Notes under the pieces: generated by a model
What the model was told of the DNA's origin: nothing
Databases searched by the model: none
The model's input: the letters and a program-made list of their open reading frames with translations, nothing else
Translations under genes and position numbers: made by a program
Shown here: positions 23,906 through 33,778 of the stretch, in pieces
Layout: each line of letters starts with the position of its first letter
Numbering within the stretch: position 1 is the first letter of the stretch
Source of the DNA: an uncultured Nitrososphaerales archaeon
Lineage (GTDB): Archaea; Thermoproteota; Nitrososphaeria; Nitrososphaerales; Nitrososphaeraceae
Assembly: GCA_963709405.1 (NCBI GenBank)
Contig: CAVPXM010000026.1
Coordinates: 20,720-84,719 of the forward strand
Direction: 5' to 3'
Length of the DNA stretch: 64,000 bases

Positions 23906-24102
23906 ATTTCTTGACTGCTGCATACGGGCCAGGGCTGAGTGCAATCAGACAGGAAATATTCACGCATCATTTAAAGCCTTTAAATCAGAAAGCAAATGTG
24001 CTTGTAAGCTCTGCTTGATTGATTGACTGATTGATTGATTAATTGAGTAATTTTGAACCGTGTTAATAATTTGCTTTTAAGGGTGGCCGTGAATTAGAGA
24101 CA

Positions 24103-24321
24103 ATGAATACTCTAAGCCTATTCGTGATCGTTTTACTGGCCTCGCTGGCAGCCATTGCGTTGGCTGTATTCGTTGCATCTAACCCCTTAAGTGTCATGGC
24201 AAAAGATAGCGGCACCTTCAGCGGTGACAGTAGCGACAGTAGCGACAGTAGCGACAGTAGCGACAGTAGCGGCGATACCAACAGCAATAGCAATGACAAT
24301 AGCGATCCCGTTGAATCCTGA
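24103..24321 (+). CDS. Small secreted acidic Ser/Asp-rich protein
   Basis: Signal peptide ending VMA, followed by (DSS)5. Confidence 0.55.
   Translation: MNTLSLFVIVLLASLAAIALAVFVASNPLSVMAKDSGTFSGDSSDSSDSSDSSDSSGDTNSNSNDNSDPVES
24226..24270 (+). repeat. Tandem repeat (GACAGTAGC)5
   Basis: Five exact 9-bp units. Confidence 0.95.
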
Positions 24322-24515
24322 TACTATTATAGAAATGTGGTATAGGCTCGTGCAGGATGACGATAATAACATCAAACCAGAACAAGAATACGAAGCTCTC
24401 TAGCGATATCTCCAGACTTTTTTGATTATATAGTCTTTACACCTTTACTTCGTGTCGAATACGCTCGCTTTGTTTCTAAACTATATTCTTGTGGTGATCA
24501 ACAACTGATGCTATC

Positions 24516-25046
24516 TCATGATAATATCGGTTCTTTTATTCTAATGCTTTCGATTAATTTCTCAAGATAGCCTAGACATTGTTCAAAATACGGAATTGCT
24601 TTCATATTGGTTTTTGTATAATTAGCTAATACTTCAAAAGCTTCCTGAGAAATTAAGGAATTTCCTAATGAATAATTTCTTAGTTGCCTTATAGTCCAAT
24701 ACCAGTTACCGTATTGATTTGCCTTATCTAAATCATTTAACAGATCAATACTCTTAGTTTCAGATGATAATGCGCTTTGGATTTTGTCTAATTCAATCCT
24801 GTCAGATGGGACCGTCAAGCCAAATTTATCGTTTATCTTAAATAGAAGAGAGTCAACCGTTCCAATCATTTGACAAAGAAATGAGTCCATCTCTATTTCT
24901 GCACTTGTTCGGACTTCGCTTGATGTAAGATCGTTATATCTCAATTCAATATCCTGTAAATTCTTTAAATGTTGTCGGCAGGCATAAAGCTTAAAGCTTA
25001 TTCGGTCAGTCTGGAATCTCGAAAAATCTTCAGTAGACAAAATCAC
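24516..25046 (-). CDS. Helical hypothetical protein, possibly HEPN-like
   Basis: 176-aa ORF with E.DSFL..M.G.VD.L...IN and a late LRNYSLG segment resembling a degenerate RxxxxH. Confidence 0.55.
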   Translation of the reverse strand: MILSTEDFSRFQTDRISFKLYACRQHLKNLQDIELRYNDLTSSEVRTSAEIEMDSFLCQMIGTVDSLLFKINDKFGLTVPSDRIELDKIQSALSSETKSIDLLNDLDKANQYGNWYWTIRQLRNYSLGNSLISQEAFEVLANYTKTNMKAIPYFEQCLGYLEKLIESIRIKEPILS

Positions 25047-25148
25047 TTATAGAGCTGACTTGTACTCAGCTGATATTTAGTTTTATTGCAGGATCATTTG
25101 TGGCTGAAAAATGATAATAATTTAGTTCTATGAATAAAAAAAGAGGCT

Positions 25149-25242
25149 ATCGTATAGGATGGACTGCGGCGTAACTGCTTCATTAAATGGAGAAATGAAT
25201 GAGCTCATTTCTTATTCTCTTTTTATATTATCTAAGGTATTT
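25149..25242 (-). repeat. About 95-bp duplicated promoter plus gene-start stub abutting repeat A; second copy at 33685-33778
   Basis: taggatggactgcggc...aactgcttcatta.atggagaaatgaat..gctcatttcttattctctttttata occurs in both places. The minus strand gives TATAAAAA then MSxFISPxNEAVxPQSIL. Confidence 0.8.
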
Positions 25243-25565
25243 GGCGCGGGCGGTCATGACTTATATACAAATAAAGCGTTATCTGATCAGTCTCGTTATA
25301 TATCAAATCTTTGGTCTATAGATCTCACGCTTCATTTCCAAGAATGCTTATAATCTGGCATGCCGCATATCATATTATTATAACGCTATTTCCGGGATAT
25401 TATGGCGGATGTGTTAAAAAATCCGATGTTGTCAGATGTGTTAAACGTACTGCATGTTAACGTAATTAGTATGTTGATTCGCATCGACCAATTGCTACTA
25501 TCTATAGATATCATCAATTGGGAGTCGACAGATATTAAGTTCATCACGAGTCTTGATAGATAGCC
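25243..25565 (+). repeat. Repeat A, copy 5 (long form)
   Basis: ggcgcggg...gtctatagatc...aatgcttataatctggcatgccgcatatc...tcgaccaattgctactatctatagatatcat...gagtcgacagat. Confidence 0.85.
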
Positions 25566-25779
25566 TTGTTGAGCTCAGACTGGTTTGTATAGCTAATTGG
25601 TTGATAATGGAAAAGATGAACAGGCACACGAAAGAAATGATCACGATTATCAATGATTTAAATCTGAAATGGCAAAGGTTGAGCATTTTAATAAAAATAT
25701 GGCATACACAAGAGTGCCTCTCCCTCTATAAGTGGTGTATTAGTAGTTATTTAATTGCCTAATTATTATTATCTAATAA

Positions 25780-25980
25780 TTGTTCACGTCTGAAGAGATC
25801 AAAGAAATTTTGAGAAAAAGAATTACAGAAAAGGAGAAGAAGGTAAATCCTCGCCGGTATAATCTAAGGCAAGTAGAAGATGCTCTGGCGGAACTAGAGA
25901 CGTACCAAAGTTTTTTAGCAGATATTACGGATGAAGAGGCTAGACGTGAAATGAATAAGAGTAGGATTAAAAGTTGTTAA
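25780..25980 (+). CDS. Small coiled-coil protein (paralog of 6510..6752) between repeat A copies 5 and 6
   Basis: Sequence similarity to 6510..6752 throughout. Confidence 0.65.
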   Translation: MFTSEEIKEILRKRITEKEKKVNPRRYNLRQVEDALAELETYQSFLADITDEEARREMNKSRIKSC

Positions 25981-26002
25981 TCACGCATAGGTGCCACACA
26001 AA

Positions 26003-26185
26003 GCGCGCGCCTCATGATAGAAAATACACATTTTATCATCTTAACCAAACGTGAGTCTATACATATGATCTCTCAATCCAGAAAACCTTTTTAAAGTGAT
26101 ATGTTTCATAATGTAAATAGAAGACGCTATTTCCGATATGGTTATACCTAACTTTACAAGAATCTCATGTCGTCTAAAATGTTAG
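26003..26185 (+). repeat. Repeat A, copy 6 (diverged)
   Basis: gcgcgcgcctcatgatagaaaatacacattttatcatc...gagtctatacatatgatctctca...gaagacgctatttccgata. Confidence 0.75.
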
Positions 26186-26509
26186 TCCGTTAACTATTCT
26201 AAAAGGATCCGTCTTAGTGGCAGTCGTGGCGGATCATCTGGTGACGACAATTGAGGATTCTATTTCCAAGCGGCTGAGATAACAATCACTTACCATCGGC
26301 AAGAGAGATTCAGTAACTAGTAGCAGAAATGATTAAGGAGATCTGGGATAGGATCAGCAATACGCTGCGAAAATGACTAATGAGAAACGATAGGTACTAT
26401 AGTGTCGCTTTGCCAATGTTAGCAAAAGCGACAAGATAGAGACCAGTGATGAAGTCGCAAATCCTATCATATTATCATTGAAACCAACCTATTCCATGAT
26501 TTTTCTTAC

Positions 26510-26734
26510 CTACTTACATTGGACATTCATACTAAACGATGTTGAACTTCCAGATCCGGTCTGGTTTTTTTCACAGTTTTCCGGTAGACCGCTAATTGCG
26601 TTGGCCATGTCATGGCCCTTCTTAATCATTTGGTCAATGTTGAGTTCTGCTTTTGCTGTATGGGTGTAGGCTGTCATAGTCATAGTTATCGAAATAACAA
26701 TGGCTATTACGACAATAACAGTGATAGTTACCAT
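26510..26734 (-). CDS. Small secreted protein with a Cys pair
   Basis: Signal peptide ending TAKA; LPENC...NVQCK. Confidence 0.55.
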   Translation of the reverse strand: MVTITVIVVIAIVISITMTMTAYTHTAKAELNIDQMIKKGHDMANAISGLPENCEKNQTGSGSSTSFSMNVQCK

Positions 26735-26841
26735 AGGAAACCTGACGCATTATACCATTTAATATTTGGGATTTATTTATTTCAGTGTCTGTTATAGAAG
26801 AATCTCACCTTCATTTTCATGTCTAGGTATTCCAATGTGTT

Positions 26842-26970
26842 AGTCTATACTTCTGAGGTCTCATAGTCGAAAAGGTTTTTAGCGCGGTATTTTTCACACC
26901 GTTAATAGAATATCCGATATAATTTGATTGATTTTCGACTACGAGAGCTTATGATTAGTCAACACATTGT
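26842..26970 (+). repeat. Repeat A, copy 7 (most diverged)
   Basis: agtctatacttctgaggtctcata...aaaggtttttag...gttaatagaatatccgatataat. Confidence 0.55.
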
Positions 26971-27080
26971 ACAAGTACGTATTTTCTATCTTTAGTTTTT
27001 TCCAGACTTATTGGTAGAAAATCACCACTCATTGCAGAATTAATATTATATTTGATCATGTAGTTCGGAGTAAAGTCCGG

Positions 27081-27265
27081 TTACCTAAGATTACGACATC
27101 TATCGAGCCAATCCCTAATAATATTGGATGCTTCATCAGCAGAACATTTTCTGACGTTAATAAGGTAAGGAGTTACGATACGCCTTACAACAAATTTCTT
27201 ATAATCAACTAAGGGAGTTTGCAATTGCTTCTCGATCCACCAGATCGTTGTTGAACCTGCAGTCC
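27081..27265 (-). pseudogene. priX: Fragment of a PriX-like primase non-catalytic domain
   Basis: WIEK.LQTPLVDYKKFVVRRIVTPYLINVRK...EA.NII.DWLDRC resembles the PriX/Primase-X domain. The 5' end is lost at a GCGCGCC site near 27270. Confidence 0.65.
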
Positions 27266-27759
27266 GAGAGCGCGCCGGTCTAGTGGACACCTAATTATAT
27301 TATTCTCATAACCTGTGGATAATAAGTTATTTCATCGATAGAAAAAAGTTTTCATGTAGAGAACAACTTATGTATCACATGAGACTAAATTAATTCCAAT
27401 GCCCATTGCATATGTAAAAAATTCTAATATACAATATGAGCAATTTTATGGAGAAGAGAAGAATAAAGCGGGAAATAACGAAAATCTTAGATCAAAGCAT
27501 GTTTTATTCATACATGGCATGGGGTCATCATCTGCTGCTTGGTGAGATATTCCTGAGGCGTTAACTAAAATAGTTACCTCTAAAAATGAGCACTTTCATA
27601 CGATAAATTTATATTTAATTGGTTTTGGTAAAAGTGACAAGCCACTTACAGGTGGATATATAGCTGCAGAAGTTGCTATAAGGAATAAAGAACGAATAGA
27701 AAATCTTGTCTTGATAGATTCCTCAGGAACGCTGAGGCAACCAACACCTCTGTTAAGAG

Positions 27760-28345
27760 TTATGTAAACATGTAGATGCTTTCTCCATGTAAACTGTTTA
27801 TACTAGTTTTGCCTCTATGTTTTTTATTATAATCACATGCCCAATCAGATACTGCTTTACCTATATCACGTTCATTTTGAAAGGTGGAATTGTTTATTGC
27901 TTGTCGTTGCATCCATAGCCATCTTACCTCTATCAGATTGAGCTCGGGTGATCTGGTGGGAAGAAATACAAGGTGTATCCTTGGATGATATTTGGATAAT
28001 ACTGCTTTCACCTTGTTTGATTTATGTATCGATACGTTATCAAGTATCAGAAATATCTGCTTGATACTATCGTCATACTTTTGGTCCATTCTTTTGATAA
28101 AATCTAAAAACTGTTTTCCGGTTTTCTTTTTGTAGCCATGCGTCCACATTTGATCATTGGTATAATCGTATATACCAAACACGTTTAGAATTCCCTTTGT
28201 CTTTTGAGCTTTGGATACCTTAGACTGTGTAGAGGACCAAGATGTACCGCCATATGTTTTTGCTACTATCGGTCCTTTCTCATCCTCGTAGAGCAGGACC
28301 GAGTCAGAAGACAGGTTACTGTATCTTAGTTCTTCAATTCTCTTT
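27760..28345 (-). CDS. IS630 transposase ORF B (DDE domain)
   Basis: [17 protein letters not shown] and [13 protein letters not shown] motifs. Probably reached by a -1 frameshift at the A7G run near 28342-28350. Confidence 0.85.
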
Positions 28346-28838
28346 TTTTCAAATGATATTCAGGATCTAGGCTGTATCCCAGAGTAATCTTTGACTGCCT
28401 ATATTTTATTCCGTGTTTTAGGAGGATATTTCTAACCTCGGTGTGGCTGATAGCATCTACAAGGCTCATCTCCTTGGAGACAAATCCTGCTAGTACTCTT
28501 AATGACCATGTGGAAAATGGTAATCCATAATCTTTTCTTGAATTTTTGGTTGCTATCTCCACAATCTTATTCTCCATATCGTCAGATATTTTGAGTGGTT
28601 TATGCTTGTGTATTTTTGATGCTATTCCATCTATACCTTTTTCATTGAAACGATGAATCCATTTTCTTATGTTGCTATCATGATGGTTAGTTGCCTTCCT
28701 TATTTCAGGAACTGTGTATCCATCATCCTTAAGAAGAATAATCTTTGCACGGTATCCAGATTCTCTATCCTCAAGTATGCTATCATGTAACCTATTCTTT
28801 TCATTATTTGTAAGCAATCTGAGGAATGTATCCCTCAT
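28326..28838 (-). CDS. IS630 transposase ORF A (HTH DNA-binding)
   Basis: RAKIILL...IRKWIHRFNEKGIDG...WSLRVLA...ISHTEVRNIL. Confidence 0.85.
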   Translation of the reverse strand: MRDTFLRLLTNNEKNRLHDSILEDRESGYRAKIILLKDDGYTVPEIRKATNHHDSNIRKWIHRFNEKGIDGIASKIHKHKPLKISDDMENKIVEIATKNSRKDYGLPFSTWSLRVLAGFVSKEMSLVDAISHTEVRNILLKHGIKYRQSKITLGYSLDPEYHLKKRELKN

Positions 28839-29610
28839 GCTGATAATTTAAAAGAGAGTAAGCTAAAGGTGTTATGGTATCTGAACGAGCACTGTTAGTT
28901 TACAGAAGAGCATTACATATTCTTTACATAACTGTTAAGCCAGTATCTCAATGTAGCAATGGACCCAGAGCCTAATAGAGACAAGGTGAAAGAGGTATTC
29001 AAGCAGATGTATGCAAATCCTCTATTATTGTCTGATATAGTGGTTGATGTCTTTATGACAACAATCAGGGAAGAAGGTGCTAAAAATGCTTTCAAAACTG
29101 CCTTTAATGACAGCACTACCCGACCGATCGGCTTCAAAAGGCTTGAGAAGCTTAAGCATATCCCTTGTTTATTGATTTGGGGAGATCAAGATAATGTAAT
29201 ACCTGAAAAAAATTCCAAAGATTTTAAGGACGCTCTGATTAATGCTAAGTATGAGATAGTCGAAAACGCTGGCCATGCCCCATTTGTAGAAAAGACCTCT
29301 ATAGTATATGAAAAACTACGTTCATTTCTAACTTGATAGATTTCAACCATAAGTTTGTCGCAGGTGGTCTTCTGATCTAGCTTTCCAGCATTGGTTAAAG
29401 CAAACTAAGCTTGAGCAATCAATTTAAGTGACGTTGCATTTTGTCAGAAAGCTCCTCCATTAGGGACCCAATTAGCATATCTCTCCGGACAATAATTTCT
29501 GTCGATTAATAGACATCATGCCATAAATGCTCACGTATATCTCAAACTACAAAATACTTGATCCTGCTACGAATTTGGTTCATCATTACTAAAAAAGCGA
29601 CTAAGGGATT

Positions 29611-29720
29611 GGGCGCGGTTCTCGACATCCAATTGTCTTGTAATTGTATCGCTAGTGATTTGAAGTTGGATAAGGATATAATTGGGGGGCGTTATCCATA
29701 GAATTGGATATAGTATCATC
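29611..29720 (+). repeat. Repeat B, copy 2
   Basis: Inverted copy of 8735-8830, beginning gggcgcgg. Confidence 0.8.
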
Positions 29721-29881
29721 AGAGGGCGAGTCTGAGATTAACCAGAAAATCAGGTTTGGTTAAGGCTCAAGCGATGATTAACAGATGTTCAGGAAGAATA
29801 GTCATATTACTATCATCATCTTTTGGAACTTTTACGTTACCTTTTACATAGTGTTTATTGTCATGGGTTCTGGTGCCACGT

Positions 29882-30718
29882 CTAGGATTTCAAGAAGGAC
29901 AACAGGTCGGCGTTGAGCTGATCCTGATGGGTTGCAGTGAGGCCGTGAGGTGCGCCAGGATAGTAGATTTCCTTCGCGCCCTTGATGAGCTTGGCCGATT
30001 TCTTAGCCGAATCCTTGACGGGAACGATTTGGTCGTCCTCACCATGCATGACCAAGGTTGGGACATCGAACTTCTTGAGGTCCTCGGTGAAATCAGTCTC
30101 AGAGAAGGCCTTGATGCTTTCGTAGGCGTTCTTGAGGCCAGCGTGCATGCTCCAGAGCCAGAACTGATCCAGGATTCCCTGGGAGACCTTGGCCCCCTGC
30201 CTATTAGCGCCGTAGAACGAGATGGCCAAGTCCTTGTAGAATTGCGAGCGATCCTTGGTTAGGCTCGAACGCAAGTCATCAAACACTTCCATCGGCAGGC
30301 CCTCCGGATTGGTGGCTGACTTCAGCATGATCGGCGGCACAGCCGCGATTAGGACAGCCTTGGCAACTCTCTTCATTCCATAGCGACCGATATAGCGGGC
30401 GACTTCGCCGCCGCCGGTAGAGTGTCCCACTAGCGTGGCTTCCTTGAGATCAAGCGCCTCGATCACGGCTGCAAGATCGTCGGCATAGCCGTCCATGTCA
30501 TTTCCCAAATAGGTCTGGCTCGACCTGCCATGGCCACGACGGTCGTGTGCAACCACGCGGAAGCCATTTTGGGCTAGGAAAAACATTTGGCCGTCCCAAG
30601 CGTCTGAGCTTAGGGGCCAGCCGTGCGAAAAGGTTACGACTGGACCTTTGCCCCAGTCCTTAAAGTAGATTTCTGTGCCGTCCTTGGTCGTGATCGTGCT
30701 TGAGTCTGATTTACTCAT
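29882..30718 (-). CDS. cpo: Non-heme chloroperoxidase/arylesterase-like alpha/beta hydrolase
   Basis: [46 protein letters not shown] and PHG motifs. GC content is clearly above the window background. Confidence 0.92.
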   Translation of the reverse strand: MSKSDSSTITTKDGTEIYFKDWGKGPVVTFSHGWPLSSDAWDGQMFFLAQNGFRVVAHDRRGHGRSSQTYLGNDMDGYADDLAAVIEALDLKEATLVGHSTGGGEVARYIGRYGMKRVAKAVLIAAVPPIMLKSATNPEGLPMEVFDDLRSSLTKDRSQFYKDLAISFYGANRQGAKVSQGILDQFWLWSMHAGLKNAYESIKAFSETDFTEDLKKFDVPTLVMHGEDDQIVPVKDSAKKSAKLIKGAKEIYYPGAPHGLTATHQDQLNADLLSFLKS

Positions 30719-31034
30719 TGATAATCCAGTACAAATTAGAGTTTATAAGTATATAAAAGGAACAAAAGTACAGTTGCAATACATTTTAGGCCCAGAAAAG
30801 AAACTTGTAGATAGTTGAAATAACGCTCATGTTCTTTATCTTCTTGTATTTCTTTTCTTCCACTATCAGTATTAGTCCATCTATTAAAATTTTCACCGTT
30901 CCGTTTGTGTCTCAATCTGATGCAGGTGAGGCAAAGATTTTTTCTCGTTTCATCAATAAAGATCGGGGAAGGTTTTCTAGTATTATAAACAAGAGACCAA
31001 TCGTGAGCAGACTGTTCTTTCCATCCAGACGAGC

Positions 31035-31488
31035 TTTCGGGTTTTATGACAATATGTGCAAGCTGATCCCTGCTGTGCGAACAGCGCGTATTCAAGTCTT
31101 CATCGTACCTCATCACCGTTGGAGAGAAGGAGGCTATAAGGGATGGAAGCATATGAATCCATCACAAATCCGTTCAAACGAGTCCCAGAGTTTTGCTACT
31201 GGAACTTGGGGTGGAGAGTTTCATCCTGAATTTGGTCCTCGCGAGGGAGATGTAATCGTGCTCGAGCACTGGGCACAAAGCGGCTTTGCCAATACGGATC
31301 TTGATGCTCAACTCAAGCAGCGGGGGATCCAGAAAATAATCTTGGTCGTAATGATAGCGAACACCTGTATCGAAGCCACAGATCGTCTTGGCATGGAGCT
31401 TGGCTACCATGTTAGTCTCATTAAGGATGCAACTGCTGCGCTCAATCATGAAGGCATGCATGCAATAGTTTTTTTATCTACCGTATAG
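31035..31488 (+). pseudogene. Isochorismatase/cysteine hydrolase fragment, 5'-truncated
   Basis: GTWGGEFHP, HWAQSGFANTDLD.QL, ANTCIEAT and ELGYHV.LIKDATAA. The first ~70 aa of ORF 30829..31488 do not match the family. Confidence 0.75.
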
Positions 31489-31652
31489 AAGTTGAATCGA
31501 TGGTTTGAGGGGGCGCGATCCAAGGATTAGAATAGAATGACATATACAAGTTTACGTGTTGGTTTAGGCAGTGGCTATTGCTAAGGGCTTCATTTAGGAG
31601 TTGCAAAGTCATCAAACCTCAAAATAATTCTTGTCCTATAAACGCATTATTT

Positions 31653-31855
31653 GGCGCGCGCCCTAAGGCTGAGTTGCAAATGAAGTGTTCTCATTAGGTC
31701 TATTTCTCATCAAGGTCTATATATCAAATCAATTGAGTCTATACAGATAATGTCTCATATCTAAAAATGTTTATAATCTGATATGACGCATATCGTATTA
31801 GAAGACACTTTTTCTGATGGATTTATACTGGATTGATGAAGCATTCTATATGGTT
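31653..31855 (+). repeat. Repeat A, copy 8
   Basis: ggcgcgcgccc...gagtctatacagataatgtctcata...aatgtttataatctgatatgacgcatatcgtattagaagacactttttctgat. Confidence 0.9.
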
Positions 31856-31960
31856 CTGTTTGACTAGAATCAAGGGAAGCTTTCTAGTAATCTGATTCTA
31901 TCTAATTTTCATTTTTATCTCCCTTAAACACGGGATAACCCTCCGTTCACCTAAGTTATC

Positions 31961-32068
31961 CGTAAAGGTTGCGGTCACTTAATCTATTTCGACGAGAACC
32001 AACGTACTGAAAGCGGGAAATGGATTCCATTAAGTAACGACACAGGAGAGCCGCATCAATGTCAATAG
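31961..32068 (+). pseudogene. Zn-ribbon-like C-terminal fragment, copy 1
   Basis: RKGCGHLIYFDENQRTESGKWIPLSNDTGEPHQCQ*. Confidence 0.55.
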
Positions 32069-32141
32069 ACAGGAAAGGAGACTATGCTTTGTATACCCTT
32101 AAGCAAAACATATTAGTCGCATATTTTATGGGGTAATCTGT

Positions 32142-32441
32142 ATGAGCCAAAAAACCATGGCTATAATTTTAATATCTACAATGATCACTATCAGTATAGC
32201 CACAATAACTAATAATTGTATTAATATTGCTTTAGCACAGCCTGGTTCAACTCTACCGGCAGAATCTGGCCGGCCTTCACCACCAGCATATCCATCACAA
32301 TCAACAGGACATCTATCATATCCATCATCATCGCTAATACCACATGCTAAACAGGCGACAAAAGTAAATCCAACGCCTGCTGGAAATATTACTGCTAGTG
32401 GTCCTTCACACTTCACTTCTTCCCCTATTCACAGTAAGTGA
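32142..32441 (+). CDS. Small secreted Pro/Ser-rich protein
   Basis: Signal peptide ending ALA-Q, followed by a low-complexity mature part. Confidence 0.5.
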   Translation: MSQKTMAIILISTMITISIATITNNCINIALAQPGSTLPAESGRPSPPAYPSQSTGHLSYPSSSLIPHAKQATKVNPTPAGNITASGPSHFTSSPIHSK

Positions 32442-32469
32442 ATAGCAGGAACAAAGGCGACAGAGTGAG

Positions 32470-32604
32470 AGACGTTATTATAGCTGCCGTAAAGGCTGCG
32501 GCCAGTTAATTTATTTTGATGCAAATGACGAGAATGGACTTGCTGAAAGCGGCAAACGGATTCCATCGAGTAAAGACACGGGACAACCACATCAATGTCA
32601 ATAA
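32470..32604 (+). pseudogene. Zn-ribbon-like C-terminal fragment, copy 2
   Basis: RRYYSCRKGCGQLIYFDANDENGLAESGKRIPSSKDTGQPHQCQ*, paralogous to 31961-32068. Confidence 0.55.
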
Positions 32605-32675
32605 CAAGAAATAATACTGATCCTGAAGAACTTCGCAAGTTGGAAGGAGTGATATGAATGTGGACAAAGACATTG

Positions 32676-32849
32676 GGCGCTGATATCCAAACCAAAGTGG
32701 AAGAATTAGAGGAATTAAATCAATCACTAAGGCAGCGTGATAAAGTAAAGGATGATGCAATAGCACAATTATCAAATCAACTTGTATCTTTATCAGCTAG
32801 ATTACAAGAGCTTGAGAGAAAACAAAGCGTAAGCATACCAAGCCAGTAA
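32676..32849 (+). pseudogene. Second integrase C-terminal coiled-coil tail fragment
   Basis: GADIQTKVEELEELNQSLRQRDKVKDDAIAQLS is nearly identical in protein to 19729-19877, with mainly synonymous differences. Confidence 0.65.
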
Positions 32850-33196
32850 ATACTTGTTCAATTTTTAACTCTCAAGTTAATGACATCCAGGAACCTAGAA
32901 CTATTTTCTGTTACGCCATTTAGTACTATTGGCAGACAGAATGTCATAAGCTTGATGAGTAAATGTCCAAGTCTAAAAGTGCGCGCAGGCATAAGAATAC
33001 AACGACCATAATAAAATATACTGCCTAGATTCTCAAAATTGCCTATTATCTGTTCAAGCTCTTGGTAAATACAAAATAAGGTTTACGATGCCACAGTATA
33101 ACTATAGTGAGGTACTATCTACTCAGTCTTGAAACAGCATTAACTAATCTGAAAAATGGAGGCGGCAAGGTTCTCTTAGAGGAGATTGGACTCTAA

Positions 33197-33616
33197 ATGA
33201 ATTATATTATATTCGCAGCTATGGCAGCGATCTTGGTCTTTACCACACTGACATCCAACACTTTCGCACACGTATCAGATCAACAACGCTATAATGATGG
33301 ATATAATGCTGGCCAAAACTACGCGGCCTGCGATTATAACAATTGCTATCATAGTGATCATGGTTACGATACAGGCTGCCCAAATGATAAAGTACATACT
33401 AACGAATATTGTGATGGATACTCACTTGGTTATACTAGTAAATGGAATTCATTAGCAGGTGGAACATCGACACAGCAATCTCAATGCCAAGCGCAGGGTG
33501 GATCTAATGTACGTGTAGATGGCAGTCATAATAACATAATCATAACTCCTAGACAGACCCAAAAGCAGTCATCAAATAGTGAATCGAATTCTGAAAATGC
33601 TGACTACGGTAAGTGA
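33197..33616 (+). CDS. Secreted Cys/Gly/Tyr-rich protein
   Basis: Signal peptide ending TFA; repeated GY motifs (YNDGYNAG...HTNEYCDGY). Confidence 0.65.
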   Translation: MNYIIFAAMAAILVFTTLTSNTFAHVSDQQRYNDGYNAGQNYAACDYNNCYHSDHGYDTGCPNDKVHTNEYCDGYSLGYTSKWNSLAGGTSTQQSQCQAQGGSNVRVDGSHNNIIITPRQTQKQSSNSESNSENADYGK

Positions 33617-33684
33617 TCTGAGGAGGTGAATAGAAACAATTGAAAAAATTAGTAGTAACTAGCCTAGCATTAGCGATGATGATG

Positions 33685-33778
33685 ATCGTGTAGGATGGAC
33701 TGCGGCACAACTGCTTCATTATATGGAGAAATGAATAGGCTCATTTCTTATTCTCTTTTTATAGTATCTGCGGCATCT
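33685..33778 (-). repeat. Second copy of the promoter plus gene-start stub (see 25149-25242)
   Basis: Near-identical to 25149-25242 and again directly adjacent to the GGCGCG end of repeat A. Confidence 0.8.

Larger units (their letters stand above)
27756..28935 (-). mobile_element. IS630-family insertion sequence, 1180 bp, TA target duplication
   Basis: Imperfect terminal inverted repeats agagttatgtaaa... / ...tttacataactgt, flanked by TA at 27754-27755 and 28936-28937. Excision restores the host reading frame. Confidence 0.9.
27399..29336 (+). pseudogene. Alpha/beta hydrolase interrupted by IS630
   Basis: 5' part HVLFIHGMGSSSAAW*DIP...[10 protein letters not shown]...[16 protein letters not shown]. 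The 3' part LSQYLNVAMDPEP...LIWGDQD...AGHAPFVEK is in frame after removing the IS and one TA. Also has an internal stop and lacks the nucleophile region. Confidence 0.8.

Noticed and set aside
24016-24046. (TGAT)n microsatellite
   Set aside because: A simple low-complexity repeat with no evident function.
29858-30262. 134-aa plus-strand ORF
   Set aside because: It is the antisense shadow of the GC-rich haloperoxidase gene.
31961-32604. Duplicated segments as DGR template/variable repeats
   Set aside because: Differences are not adenine-specific, include indels, and no reverse transcriptase is present.
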